This document shows positions 11,501-20,452 of a stretch of DNA of 64,000 nucleotides, one piece after another. The stretch is from an uncultured Bacteroidales bacterium (lineage in GTDB: Bacteria; Bacteroidota; Bacteroidia; Bacteroidales; UBA11471): the NCBI GenBank assembly GCA_947625885.1, contig CANQQA010000004.1, forward strand, positions 1,838-65,837, read 5' to 3'. The translations under genes were made by a program, and so were the position numbers. Under the pieces are notes generated by a model. The model had not been told where the DNA came from, ran no database searches, and worked only from the letters and a program-made list of their open reading frames with translations. How positions within the stretch are numbered: the stretch's first letter is position 1; every line of letters starts with the position of its first letter.

Positions 11501-11792
11501 TCAGAATCTTTTGCCCCGTATATTTCACGTCCTGACTCTGCATACCGATGAACGAGAATTTGATCACGAGATTGTCTCCTTCGGGAATGCGAATACGGTA
11601 TTCACCGTTGGCATCGACAAGGACACTTGCCAAAGTACGTTCGTCTTTGTTTTGCACGAATACGCTGGCGCCGGCAAGGGGTTCGCCCGAGGATTTGTCC
11701 TCGACTTTACCGGTCAAGACCGACTGTGCCGCAATTGCCTGAGAGACAACAAAAGCAACCAGCAACAGGCATATTTTCCGTGTTATTTTCAT
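8511..11792 (-). CDS. SusC/RagA-family TonB-dependent outer-membrane transporter
   Basis: 1093 aa. Signal peptide, CarbopepD_reg-like N-terminus (LTGKVEDKSSGEPLAGASVFV), plug motifs (IRIRGTQSL, VVNGVP), barrel, terminal F. ATG start verified at 11790-11792. Confidence 0.92.
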   Translation of the reverse strand: MKITRKICLLLVAFVVSQAIAAQSVLTGKVEDKSSGEPLAGASVFVQNKDERTLASVLVDANGEYRIRIPEGDNLVIKFSFIGMQSQDVKYTGQKILNVALVEESHELETVEVSAKRAERNQMGLTPREELGAVQRMSMEGLETAPVTSVAEALQGALSNVDIITGADPGSNSTIRIRGTQSLNASSDPLIVVNGVPFPVNTDDFDFAAASTDDYSQLLDISPADIESIEVLKDAQATAIWGSKGANGVLVINTKKGAKGKISFTFSTNAEVKKEASTYPLLNASQYVSLLQDALWNSINDLGYNNSNAQLYMDLLDADEINFNPGSLLFNEYNVDTKWLDEVSRIGYTIDNNFSMSGGGDKATYRLSLGYLNEKGTTKGTGVQRFSTRFNMNYRFSKKLQITTEFSLTYNDRNSNWSEGSIEGARSMAMKKMPQESPFVMTEDGSRRTDTYFTPYEDFQQTFEANNNYNPVALVNEGVNKLNSYNSRLSFNLQYQIIPSLSYFGTVALTADSKRTKKFLPVSVSGVPWVQSANAQNPNEWYNRSSDASNEQLYLYTENRLVYNQTFNDIHRLVASGILQIEQTSATSYGAQTSGNASYYLSDPATGGYLVGMSSGKSTTREMSANVSAEYILLDRYMFNASFRGEATSSLPARNRWGKFPTFGVGWQLGDEEFMKNQNVISLCKIRLSWGQTGKAPSGVSPYVGTFASDPSGYLNMPSMYPSAIELDNVTYEVVDKWNAGIDFGILNDRLMFTVDLYKNVTNNLLQKGMSLPTSTGFSKVAWYNSGKMTNKGWEFRIDADVVKTKDWNFFLSFNISQNDNMINSFPPNVDMENYTFDNGKYAFLVMEGNPLGSFYGYRYKGVYQNVEDTYAKDINGKTIYDIDGKPVVTRINTWTARPGDAKYEDINGDGVINANDIVYLGNYSPKLLGGIQFRLSYKTWQLSANFQGRAGQKVFNQARLNSEMMRGKTNQSTATLRRWRNEGDITDMPRALYGQGYNSLGSDRYIEDASFLRMKTLTLKYGFPKNLLKKMHLKGFDLYVTAYDLWTLTKYSGQDPEVSEKKQDDSGLVRLAVDGASTPKPIRVKFGINLRF

Positions 11793-11807
11793 AGCGTATA
11801 TTATCTG

Positions 11808-14282
11808 TTAATTGATATTTTCCTTTGTATTGTATTCTCCGAAGTCGAGATAATCCTCGAGAACGTATATAGCGCCATCGGGATAGATGTAGGGGAATGA
11901 ATTTTTCACTCTCACTTCACGACCGGTAGGATCGATAACGGTCAAATGGTCGCCGTCGTCTCTGATCTTAAGGGAGGTGTATCCACCGCCATCGGCAGCA
12001 GTTTTTTTCTTGAAAGTCTGCAATTCGCGAATGCCTTTACCGTCGTTCGGGAAAGGATAGTCGGCAAGGCGGCTTCGCGGAACGGAGACGTAAAGATTGG
12101 AGCTGTAAGCTATCTTAGCGGTAGTTTGTGAGTCATCAATGACTCCTGCCATGATAGCGTTCATGGTAGCCTCTGTCGTGAAAGCGAAAAGAATAAAACG
12201 AGGCAGCTTGGAACCGACGCTCTCTTCCTGCATGGTTTTGACTACCGCCAGCGTATCCTGTTCTTCTATAAATCTTGAATAAAAAGTAGCTTCGCTCGGA
12301 CCTTCATCTATCAATTCATGGGGCAGGCGATTTTTATCTATTTTATAGGTGTCTTCATTCTTGACAAAGAAAGTATAAAGCTCGCTGGAAGGAGGAGCGA
12401 CGAATGCCGAAGCATGATTTCCGCCGGAGAGTCTGTATACACGACCGTTTCTTACATTTACCTTAGCGGGCAGTTGTTCGGTAATGTCTTCACAGGTAAT
12501 CTCTCTCTCGCTCGCGTTATCATTTTCGCCCGTAACTTGGCTTTCGCCAAGACGTCCGACAAGGTCGTTGTAGAGGCTGGGCGAATAGAGCTTGTCGCCT
12601 TTCCGATAGAGATAGTTGAAAGTACCGTATGTGGTATGGTAGATTTTTTCGTCTCCTCCGCGCACTTCAATCACATTGTCGCAAAAATGGTTACGCACGA
12701 TGTTGCTTGCCAAAGAAGCGCTGACGGAAAATATTTCATCGCCCTCTTGATAAGAAACATCTTCATCGCCGGCTTTATTGGAATTCTTGACGTACTGGAA
12801 TCTCGAACCGGAAAATGTTTCGGTATTCGAAATTATCGCATCGTCGGGATAGAAAGCATGGAAAGTAACATTTTCAGAAGTGTAGCTATCAAATCCCGAC
12901 TTGTACATCAGCAAAAGGAACATGTTGTATGCAGGGTCGAGGAAAGCGGGAGCTGTAACGTAAGAGAAAACCGTAGGAATAGCCACCAAATCGTTCACTT
13001 CGTAAAGAATGCCGTTGGAACAATAAATGGAGCTATCAATTTTATCCCAACCTACACTGGTATTGGTAAAGAACGTCCCCGCCTCATTATGCTGGATATT
13101 GCTCGGGAAAACAGGTTTGCGTCCGAACATTTGCTCTTTATCATTAGCTATCACTGTCGATATATTGGAGCCCTCGATTTGGTCTGTCAACAAGGCAGCC
13201 AAAGGTTTGATATTCACCTTATCAAGCGAGGAATAATAGTTTGCCCAATAATCATTGAAGAAAGCAGTCATTATGGCATTATTGGGAGCATACACCGTAT
13301 TATATAAGACCATATTGTATTGCGACCAATCGGAAGTAACCCACTCTTGGGCAATATTGAGAAGGTCGATATGTTCAAAGCGGAAGAGGGTATCGCGCCC
13401 GCCGTTGCCGTAAGTTTGCGAGATTTCGGCGTCGTATATGAAATCGGCAAAACGGTCGTAGGCGTTGATGAACATGGAGTAGTTTTCGTTTGCTTTCAAT
13501 ACCTGATGAATGGTTTTCAGCGGCTCTACTACATCGTCGAGAATGTAGAGATAACCGTTATCGGTAATGATGTTGTACTCCTTTACGGCAGCATTGCTCA
13601 CTCTGAAATAATTTCCTTGCTCATCGCTGGCAGCTTCGTTCCAAAGATTCTCTCCGAAAGAGCCATAGAGCGTCTGATAATCGGTCGCAGCCGATGCTCC
13701 GACCCTCGAAAACGCATTCGAAGTGAATACCGGAATACATTTTTCGGCATGAAATACTTTCTTTTGAAGTCCGTCCGTGGGATCTGACACCACTTCTATT
13801 GTGTCACGGCTCTTGGTACGGTATTTGTGATAGGTGCCGGCTGTATTATCTTGACTTGCCGTTACACCGTCGGGATTGTACGCCATGAATTGACCGGAAG
13901 TAAATCCGTAATAGAGCAAATGATAGGTAATCATGTTTTTCAATTCGGTCGGATTCATATCCTCGACCCACTTTTTCAACTCGTCCAGCGTCACACTGTC
14001 GGCATCGTCATGACCGTGCCGCTTGAAATATTTTCTAAAAGCATCATCGGTCGGAGCGAAAATCGTGGCAAGACCGGTACCGCTGACCAACGATTCGTAA
14101 CCTGCTTTTTTGACTCCGGTCAAAAAGCAGGTGAAATTGCCCCGACTCGAAAGGTAATCCCATGCGTTCCCCACCGAAACGGAAGAACTATGACGTTCGT
14201 TGTCGTAATACTTATCCATTTCGTTACAAGAAAAGCAGAAAAGCAAAAGAGCCAAGGCTAACAGATTAGTCCATTTTTTCAT
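11808..14282 (-). CDS. Multi-domain fasciclin (FAS1) lipoprotein
   Basis: 824 aa. Lipobox (LLFCFSC). FAS1 signatures ATIFAPTDDAF, ITYHLLYYG, DNGYLYILDDVVEPL and further FAS1-like repeats (YAPNNAIM, SNGILYEVNDLV). Confidence 0.8.
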   Translation of the reverse strand: MKKWTNLLALALLLFCFSCNEMDKYYDNERHSSSVSVGNAWDYLSSRGNFTCFLTGVKKAGYESLVSGTGLATIFAPTDDAFRKYFKRHGHDDADSVTLDELKKWVEDMNPTELKNMITYHLLYYGFTSGQFMAYNPDGVTASQDNTAGTYHKYRTKSRDTIEVVSDPTDGLQKKVFHAEKCIPVFTSNAFSRVGASAATDYQTLYGSFGENLWNEAASDEQGNYFRVSNAAVKEYNIITDNGYLYILDDVVEPLKTIHQVLKANENYSMFINAYDRFADFIYDAEISQTYGNGGRDTLFRFEHIDLLNIAQEWVTSDWSQYNMVLYNTVYAPNNAIMTAFFNDYWANYYSSLDKVNIKPLAALLTDQIEGSNISTVIANDKEQMFGRKPVFPSNIQHNEAGTFFTNTSVGWDKIDSSIYCSNGILYEVNDLVAIPTVFSYVTAPAFLDPAYNMFLLLMYKSGFDSYTSENVTFHAFYPDDAIISNTETFSGSRFQYVKNSNKAGDEDVSYQEGDEIFSVSASLASNIVRNHFCDNVIEVRGGDEKIYHTTYGTFNYLYRKGDKLYSPSLYNDLVGRLGESQVTGENDNASEREITCEDITEQLPAKVNVRNGRVYRLSGGNHASAFVAPPSSELYTFFVKNEDTYKIDKNRLPHELIDEGPSEATFYSRFIEEQDTLAVVKTMQEESVGSKLPRFILFAFTTEATMNAIMAGVIDDSQTTAKIAYSSNLYVSVPRSRLADYPFPNDGKGIRELQTFKKKTAADGGGYTSLKIRDDGDHLTVIDPTGREVRVKNSFPYIYPDGAIYVLEDYLDFGEYNTKENIN

Positions 14283-14327
14283 AATACTTCGTATGTTTTT
14301 CCGTATATAAAATTAATTTTCTTCATT

Positions 14328-16478
14328 TTATGGCATCGGTGCCAGACCTTCCCAGCGAACGTCCCAATTTCCGTCGTCGGGGAATCCGGGATTGCCGTCT
14401 TCGTGTCCGTCCCAACCGGCACACATCATTGCCACAGTGGTAAGAAGTCCTCCGTTGCCGGGCAGATAGATGCGCAAGCGGGTATCTTGGTAATTGTGTC
14501 CGTTAGGGAGATAAGTGTTGGTGCGCTTATCCATGAGCAGAGCGCCGACAGCTTTGTCGGTGTCGCCCAGCCGGGCGGCGTCCATGGCGGTCATGGCAAA
14601 GTCCCAGCCCCATGTTTTACCCCAATTCCAATTGTCCCACACCCAGTCGAGCGTGTTGTGCATGATGTCTTCGCGTACGAGCGGACACTTGGGCAGTATG
14701 CCGTATGCACCGAGCACTGCCATGTGGTCGGACGTGAAGCGTATATCTTTATAGGTATCGGTAGCCGTTTCGGCTGCGAGATAGAGCTTGGTGCCGTTTT
14801 CGTCCTGATAAGCGAGCGGCGAGAGTTTGTCGAGCATTTCGTCCCATTGCAGGTCGCGTTTCAGACCCTGACGTTCGCGCCACTTCTGCGCCACGCTGAT
14901 AGCATAATACCAATAGGAAAGCTCGAACGGCGGATTGACGGTCTCGGCTGCCCGCAGGGTTTCCTGTGCGGGTATGGCGCCTTTGAGTACGTAACGGCCT
15001 TCGAGTTCGTCGTAGGTGGCGAAAGAGAACATGAAGTCTGCCGTAGCAGCTACCAAGTCTTTATACTTGTTGAGGGTTTCTTCGGTGGGTTTGGCGCGGT
15101 ATATCAACTCTGCCATATAAATAAAGTGCGGCTGCTGCCAAATGAGGAACGAGCCGACCTTAGAGGGGGCTTCGACGGACGAGGGGTCGGTCATCTTCAT
15201 CCAGCGTGCACCCTTAAAGCCTTGGCGCGCAGCAATGCTGCACGCATTGTCGTAGGCGGTTTTATACCAATCGAGGCTCTTTTCGAGCAGCTCGGGGTGT
15301 CCCCACAAGGCAAAATGTACGCCGTGCCACCAGTGCATTTCGAGGTGGAATTTGCCGAACCAGCTGTTATAGGTAAGCCCCGTTTCCTGCGGAGGCACGG
15401 AACCGGCGCATTGTATGGCGGTAAGGTATTGCGAGAGTATGACGCGGCGTTCGAGTTCGGGGGCGCGGGTGTCGCGGCAATGCGAGAAATCGACGATACC
15501 GCCGGTCGTCCAATAGTTGCGCCAATAGTCGGCGGCATGTGTCGCGGCAGCAGCGAAATCGAGCGGTGCGCCGGAAGGCATCTCTGCGGTGAAAGCGCAG
15601 GTAAACGAAAGCGTGTCGCCCGCAGCAGGTTTCAGCACATAGTAATGCGGTTCTTTCTGTTGAAGCGAAGCATTGCCGTTCCACGCCAGACGCACATAGT
15701 AGGTCGTCTCGTCGAGTTTGCGGCAGAGGAGCGCGCTATGGTCGTCTTGCGCCACGACGGTGGTCGTGTGTTTATCGGGCTTCGTCCAATCGCAGGCATC
15801 GTCGGAGTGTCCGCCCGTCGGATAAGGGAAGCGCAGATTTACAGCGACTTCGCCTGTTCCCAACAAAGGAGAAACGATGCTAGCGGCTACGGCATCGGTA
15901 GCATCGTCGCACACCGTCTGCACGGCTACGGGTTGTCCGTCGAGAGTAAAACTGCTGTTTATTGTTCCGCTCCACAAATCGAGTTTCTGATTGATGTCGG
16001 AGAGCTCGCCGGCTTCGACTTTCTTACCGTCGCGCACCAATTCCAAACCGATTGCTCCCAAGTGGAGACGGTGCGGATTGACACGATACCAATTGGCAGC
16101 TTCTTTGTTCCGTCCGTCCTCATTGAACTGCACGGAATAAAGTTCTTCATGTCCGCGGAAATTATAGGGTTTCAGGGTTTCTTCAAAACGGTATTTTTCG
16201 GGATTCGGGAACGAATGCCACCCCCATTGCGATTGTGTACCCAACGGCACACCGGCGCTGTACAGCTCGGGGTAGGTCTGCAAACCGGTGGCATCGACTG
16301 TAAAAGCAAACTCGCCATTGCCTACCGACAACGACGACAGCGCATCGAATGTCGTGTTTACAGGGCAATTCCGTTGTACGACGGCAGCTCTGTCAATTCG
16401 CTCATTTTTACCACTTTGGCATGAAAATAAAGCGATAAGCAACACAGTTGCCAAACCCGTAACGGTTGTTTTTTTCAT
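14328..16478 (-). CDS. Lipoprotein, putative glycoside hydrolase-like enzyme of unassigned family
   Basis: 716 aa. Lipobox (LIALFSCQSG). Trp/His-rich segments (SQWGWHSFPN, FHLEMHWWHGVHFALWGHPE, GNGGLLTTVAMMCAGW) are reminiscent of (alpha/alpha)6 six-hairpin glycosidases. It is the first gene of the FAS1/Sus operon, 45 nt from the next gene. The CDS call is firm. The function is a guess. Confidence 0.5.
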   Translation of the reverse strand: MKKTTVTGLATVLLIALFSCQSGKNERIDRAAVVQRNCPVNTTFDALSSLSVGNGEFAFTVDATGLQTYPELYSAGVPLGTQSQWGWHSFPNPEKYRFEETLKPYNFRGHEELYSVQFNEDGRNKEAANWYRVNPHRLHLGAIGLELVRDGKKVEAGELSDINQKLDLWSGTINSSFTLDGQPVAVQTVCDDATDAVAASIVSPLLGTGEVAVNLRFPYPTGGHSDDACDWTKPDKHTTTVVAQDDHSALLCRKLDETTYYVRLAWNGNASLQQKEPHYYVLKPAAGDTLSFTCAFTAEMPSGAPLDFAAAATHAADYWRNYWTTGGIVDFSHCRDTRAPELERRVILSQYLTAIQCAGSVPPQETGLTYNSWFGKFHLEMHWWHGVHFALWGHPELLEKSLDWYKTAYDNACSIAARQGFKGARWMKMTDPSSVEAPSKVGSFLIWQQPHFIYMAELIYRAKPTEETLNKYKDLVAATADFMFSFATYDELEGRYVLKGAIPAQETLRAAETVNPPFELSYWYYAISVAQKWRERQGLKRDLQWDEMLDKLSPLAYQDENGTKLYLAAETATDTYKDIRFTSDHMAVLGAYGILPKCPLVREDIMHNTLDWVWDNWNWGKTWGWDFAMTAMDAARLGDTDKAVGALLMDKRTNTYLPNGHNYQDTRLRIYLPGNGGLLTTVAMMCAGWDGHEDGNPGFPDDGNWDVRWEGLAPMP

Positions 16479-16508
16479 GGTATTATCCTATTATTCGATA
16501 TATCCTTA

Positions 16509-16516
16509 CAAAGATA
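16509..16516 (-). promoter_or_regulatory. Bacteroidetes -7 promoter box TATCTTTG (TAnnTTTG)
   Basis: The plus strand reads CAAAGATA. The box lies 31 nt upstream of the ATG at 16478 and is the only such motif in the 314-nt intergenic region. Confidence 0.5.
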
Positions 16517-16736
16517 GAACGGGGAGTACGGATCGGAAATTATTAAAATGATACAAATACTTCATTTTTTGACACCATCGTTCATCTTACCCCCGAACAA
16601 GAGTGTTTCGTCAAAAATCATGCCACACTCCTCGCCTCTCTTTTATCAAGGAAAATCCCCATAAACAGGGAGATGTGGATTTTTCAGTCTCAGGAGCAAG
16701 CGGACATATTTTCACACTATCTCCTATTTACAAAGG

Positions 16737-16776
16737 AAAATCCACTTTGCAAAGGTTGTTGCAAAGTGGATTTTTT
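16737..16776 (-). terminator. Bidirectional rho-independent terminator after the GH28 gene
   Basis: Perfect 12-bp stem TCCACTTTGCAA / TTGCAAAGTGGA (16741-16752 and 16759-16770) with a 6-nt loop, flanked by AAAA and TTTTTT. Lies 17 nt past the GH28 stop. Confidence 0.75.
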
Positions 16777-16792
16777 ATTCGAGACTTCGCAG

Positions 16793-18232
16793 CTATTTCA
16801 CCGGTGAGAATACAGGTTGTCCGTTTATTTTAAGGTTATTGAAGCGGACATCTTTCACGCCGCCCGAGATGAAGATACCTTCCTGCGGGTCTTTCGCGGC
16901 TTTCTTCACATTGTTGAACTCGCAATTATCGACCTGTATGTTATATACGTTGTCGCTGCCTTCGAGTCCCACGAAATAAACGCCAAGTTCGCTGCCTCCG
17001 GTACAAACGATATTTTCGCAAAGCACGTTACGCACCGTCGGCGGGAAATTGCGGTCGCAAAGTTCTTTGTTTTCGTATTGGAGGTTGATGCGCAGCACGG
17101 CTTCGCGGCACTGCCCGACCTTGATGTTGCGTACATAAATATTCTCGATGACGCCGCCGCGGCAGTTGCTGGTCTTAATACGAATCACGCGGTCGAGGTT
17201 GGGGCTGTCCATTTCGCAATTCTCCACGAAAAGATTTTTGTAACCGCCGGAAATTTCGCTGCCGACCACCACGCCGCCGTGTCCGTCGAGCATCTTGCAA
17301 TTGCGCACGATGATGTTCTGGCTGGGCACGTTCCATGTACGACCGTCGCGGTTGCGACCGCTCTTGATGGCGATGCAGTCGTCTCCGGTATTGAATACGC
17401 AGTTTTCAATCAGTACGCCGTCGCACGACTCGGGGTCGCAGCCGTCGCCGTTAGGACCGTGGTTGTCGAACGTAACGCCACGTACAATGAGGTTGTTGCA
17501 GAATAAGGGGTGCAACGTCCAGAACGGAGAGTTTTTCAACGTTACGTCTTCTACCAAAACGCGGTCGCACCGGTAAAGGTTCACAAGTTGGGGACGCATA
17601 CCGTCTTTCCACGAGAACACCCGTTTGTAAACGGGTTCACCCGACTCGCCCCACGCCAGCAGGCGGGCGCGTCCGCCGCAGTTCTGCCCTATCATGCCTT
17701 CTTTCCAATTGTATTTTTTCGCACCGCACATAGGCCACCAATGTTCCATAGAGCCTTGCGCATCGACCACACCTTTTCCGGTAATGGCGATGTTGGTTTC
17801 TCCATAAGCATAAATAAGGGGGTGCAGGTTGTAGCAGTCGAGTCCTTCCCAACGGGTGAGCACTGCCGGCTCATAGAGTTCGGGGTTGGTATCGAATTTG
17901 AGTACGGCTCCCTCTTCGAGATGTAAATTCACATTGCTCTTCAATGTAATGGGACCCGTATAGAAAGTCCCGGCAGGTACGACCACCGTACCGCCGCCAG
18001 CCTGATTGCAGGTAACGATAGCCAAGTTGATGGCATCGTGGCAGAGCGCATCGGGAGCATCGGGTTTGGCACCGAAGTCGGTGATGACATAGCGTTTGTC
18101 GGGAAAAGAGGTCTTTTTGATGTTCTTTTCCACCTTGGCAGCCTGTTTCCACGCCTCTTTGGAAGAAAGTTGCGCCGAGAGAAGACACGGAGTCATAACA
18201 GCACACGCGCACAAAAGAAGAATTTTTTTCAT
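16793..18232 (-). CDS. GH28 family pectin hydrolase (polygalacturonase / rhamnogalacturonase type)
   Basis: Signal peptide. The four GH28 signature blocks are present: NGDGCD, GDDCIAIKSG, GHGGVVVGSE, RIRIKT. Parallel beta-helix repeat pattern. Confidence 0.9.
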   Translation of the reverse strand: MKKILLLCACAVMTPCLLSAQLSSKEAWKQAAKVEKNIKKTSFPDKRYVITDFGAKPDAPDALCHDAINLAIVTCNQAGGGTVVVPAGTFYTGPITLKSNVNLHLEEGAVLKFDTNPELYEPAVLTRWEGLDCYNLHPLIYAYGETNIAITGKGVVDAQGSMEHWWPMCGAKKYNWKEGMIGQNCGGRARLLAWGESGEPVYKRVFSWKDGMRPQLVNLYRCDRVLVEDVTLKNSPFWTLHPLFCNNLIVRGVTFDNHGPNGDGCDPESCDGVLIENCVFNTGDDCIAIKSGRNRDGRTWNVPSQNIIVRNCKMLDGHGGVVVGSEISGGYKNLFVENCEMDSPNLDRVIRIKTSNCRGGVIENIYVRNIKVGQCREAVLRINLQYENKELCDRNFPPTVRNVLCENIVCTGGSELGVYFVGLEGSDNVYNIQVDNCEFNNVKKAAKDPQEGIFISGGVKDVRFNNLKINGQPVFSPVK

Positions 18233-18292
18233 AATATTGTTTTTTATGAAAGTCTCTCCCTATACATTATATATAAGGAGAGATACTTTCTG

Positions 18293-19600
18293 TTATTTTT
18301 TCACAACGATGCGGTCGTATTGTTGTTCGGCTTTGATTTCGGAATATTTGGGAGCGTCCATCATCTCCACCAAAGCGCGCAATACGGGACCTTCGCCCAT
18401 GGGGTCGTCTTTTTGTGTGGGTCGGTTGTAATAGAAAGTGAGCGACGGCATGATGCCCGTACCCACGCAAATGGCTTCGAGATTGCCGGCTTCGGATATT
18501 TTGCTGAGAATACCTTTCAAGCCCTCTTCGGCAACATTGATGAAGTCTTTGTGAATCCAACCCATTTTCACGCCGCGTGCAATGGCGAACGTAAACATTG
18601 CCGTGCCGGTTACTTCGTCGTACGAATCGGTTTTGTCGAGCAGTTGGTGCCAAAGACCGTTTTTACCCTGATACCGGCATACGCCGCTTACCTGTTGGCG
18701 AAAGTTTGCCAGCAGAGCTTCGCGCTGCGGGTGGTTCTCGGGCAGGCGGGTCAGCAAGTCGGCTTGCGCCATGAGTATCCAACCGTTGGCGCGCGACCAG
18801 TGGGCAACGCCGTGTTCGTCGGTGTCGGTGTGGTAGCAGTGGTAATAAATCTGCTTCTCGGGACACCAAAGGTATTTGTTGTATTTCAGCACCTGATTGG
18901 CGGCGTCATCGAAATATTTCATGTCGCCGGTCAGTTCGCCCATGCGGCAAAGGAAGGAAATCGCCATGAAAAGGTCGTCAGCCCAAACGGTATTTTCGTG
19001 CGGCCACAGACGGGCGATAGTACCGTCTTCGAGGCGCGGCTCGGCATAGTTGAGGTGTTCTGCCGTAGCGTCGATATAGGCTTGGAAAGCCTTGTCGGGC
19101 GAAGGCAGATGCATCTGCAAGTCGATAAGCGATGCGCCCATGGGACCGTTATCGTCAAGGCGTTTGCCGCGGAAAATCATGTGCCAGCTGATGTTGCGGA
19201 TTCCCTGCCAGCCTTTCTCCTTGAATGCCTTGTCGAATTTCTTTTTGAAGAAATCGAGATTGCCTTCATTGAATACGAAGTTCATGTTTTTCAATACATA
19301 TTCCTCGTATTTTTTGTCGCCGAGTTTGTCCGCCAATTCGAGCATGGCGATATGCAGCACACCGTTGGTATAGTGCCAGTCGTTGTATTTGCAAGCAACC
19401 TTGATGGGTTCGCTGCTGTTGCGTTTTTTTACGGTCGTATAGGTTTCGCCCGTCTCGGTGTTTTTGAATTGGTAAGTGGTGCTTGCCACGATGCGATCGG
19501 CGATGGCGACGGCAGCATCTTTTGCTGTACGCTTGGGCGGAGCCGCCCATACACTCATTCCCAAAGAGAGGGCAAAAGTCAATAAAACAAACTTTTTCAT
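18293..19600 (-). CDS. GH105 unsaturated rhamnogalacturonyl hydrolase (YteR-like)
   Basis: Signal peptide. GH105 hallmarks WADDLFM and WSRANGW within an (alpha/alpha)6-type sequence. Confidence 0.82.
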   Translation of the reverse strand: MKKFVLLTFALSLGMSVWAAPPKRTAKDAAVAIADRIVASTTYQFKNTETGETYTTVKKRNSSEPIKVACKYNDWHYTNGVLHIAMLELADKLGDKKYEEYVLKNMNFVFNEGNLDFFKKKFDKAFKEKGWQGIRNISWHMIFRGKRLDDNGPMGASLIDLQMHLPSPDKAFQAYIDATAEHLNYAEPRLEDGTIARLWPHENTVWADDLFMAISFLCRMGELTGDMKYFDDAANQVLKYNKYLWCPEKQIYYHCYHTDTDEHGVAHWSRANGWILMAQADLLTRLPENHPQREALLANFRQQVSGVCRYQGKNGLWHQLLDKTDSYDEVTGTAMFTFAIARGVKMGWIHKDFINVAEEGLKGILSKISEAGNLEAICVGTGIMPSLTFYYNRPTQKDDPMGEGPVLRALVEMMDAPKYSEIKAEQQYDRIVVKK

Positions 19601-19623
19601 ATCTCTTTCTTGTTTTTCGATTT

Positions 19624-20433
19624 TTACTTCGGCAAATTGAAAGCGACACTAAGCTCTTTCATCTGGGCAGGCGACATACCGTCGGGCTCGAAGCCCATGC
19701 ACTTGGCATTGATATATATTTGTGCCGACTTGCTCAACACATCGACTTGGTCGAATGCGTCCATGATGTCTTGACCCACAGCGCATACGCCGTGTTTTTC
19801 CCACATCACCACATCGTAATCGTCGAGTTCGGCAATGGTGGCATTGGCGAGTTCTACCGAGCTGGGCATTTTATAGGGGATAATTCCCAGTCCGCGCGGA
19901 CAGAAGGCTTTGGTTTCGGGAATCATGCTCCATAACAGATTGGTAAGCACATCTTTTTCAAGGAATTTTTTGTTATGGCTCATAGCCACCAATTCGATAG
20001 GGTGCGTATGTAATGAGGCTTTGTAAGTAGAGCCGCGACCGATAAGCAGGTTGTGCATCGACAGGTGTGCGGGCAGTTCCGAAGTGGGTTTCACCAAATT
20101 GTCGGCAATGATTTCGTAACTGGCGCAATCGTCGAGAATGCGGATTACCGAGCCGTTTTCCATCGGGTAGCGTGCCAAGTCGCGCATACGCTTGTTCGTG
20201 CCTTTGCAGAAGAAATAGCAGCCTTTGATATGGGGCAGCGTCGTACCGATAGGGGTTACCGCACCGATAGCCGGCATTTTGCGAATTTCGTCATCGACAA
20301 ATTCGGTGATGTTGATAGTAATGTTTCCGCCGTTGCGTTCAGCCCAACCTTTTTGCCAAAGGTATCCGGCTACTTCGGCTACTTTTTCTATTTCCCGTTG
20401 CAGGGCGGGACGCCCGTTCAATATTGATTTCAT
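19624..20433 (-). CDS. rhaD: Rhamnulose-1-phosphate aldolase
   Basis: 269 aa class II aldolase fold. N-terminal WQKGWAERNGGNIT and the His cluster (SLHTHP, EKHG) are typical of RhaD. Sits in a rha gene cluster. Confidence 0.88.
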   Translation of the reverse strand: MKSILNGRPALQREIEKVAEVAGYLWQKGWAERNGGNITINITEFVDDEIRKMPAIGAVTPIGTTLPHIKGCYFFCKGTNKRMRDLARYPMENGSVIRILDDCASYEIIADNLVKPTSELPAHLSMHNLLIGRGSTYKASLHTHPIELVAMSHNKKFLEKDVLTNLLWSMIPETKAFCPRGLGIIPYKMPSSVELANATIAELDDYDVVMWEKHGVCAVGQDIMDAFDQVDVLSKSAQIYINAKCMGFEPDGMSPAQMKELSVAFNLPK

Positions 20434-20452
20434 GATGTTTTTTTCTTTTATT

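Noticed and set aside
14403-16424. 673-aa ORF antisense to the 716-aa hydrolase-like gene. Also 24892-26766 (624 aa) and 28409-30301 (630 aa), antisense to the GH106-like and GH2 genes.
   Set aside because: Same reasoning. The sense-strand proteins carry signal peptides and catalytic motifs, and the antisense translations do not.
16603-16833. 76-aa ORF in the long GH28 / hydrolase intergenic region.
   Set aside because: It runs through two hairpins and into the GH28 3' end on the opposite strand. It has no upstream -7 box on the plus strand and no protein-like features.
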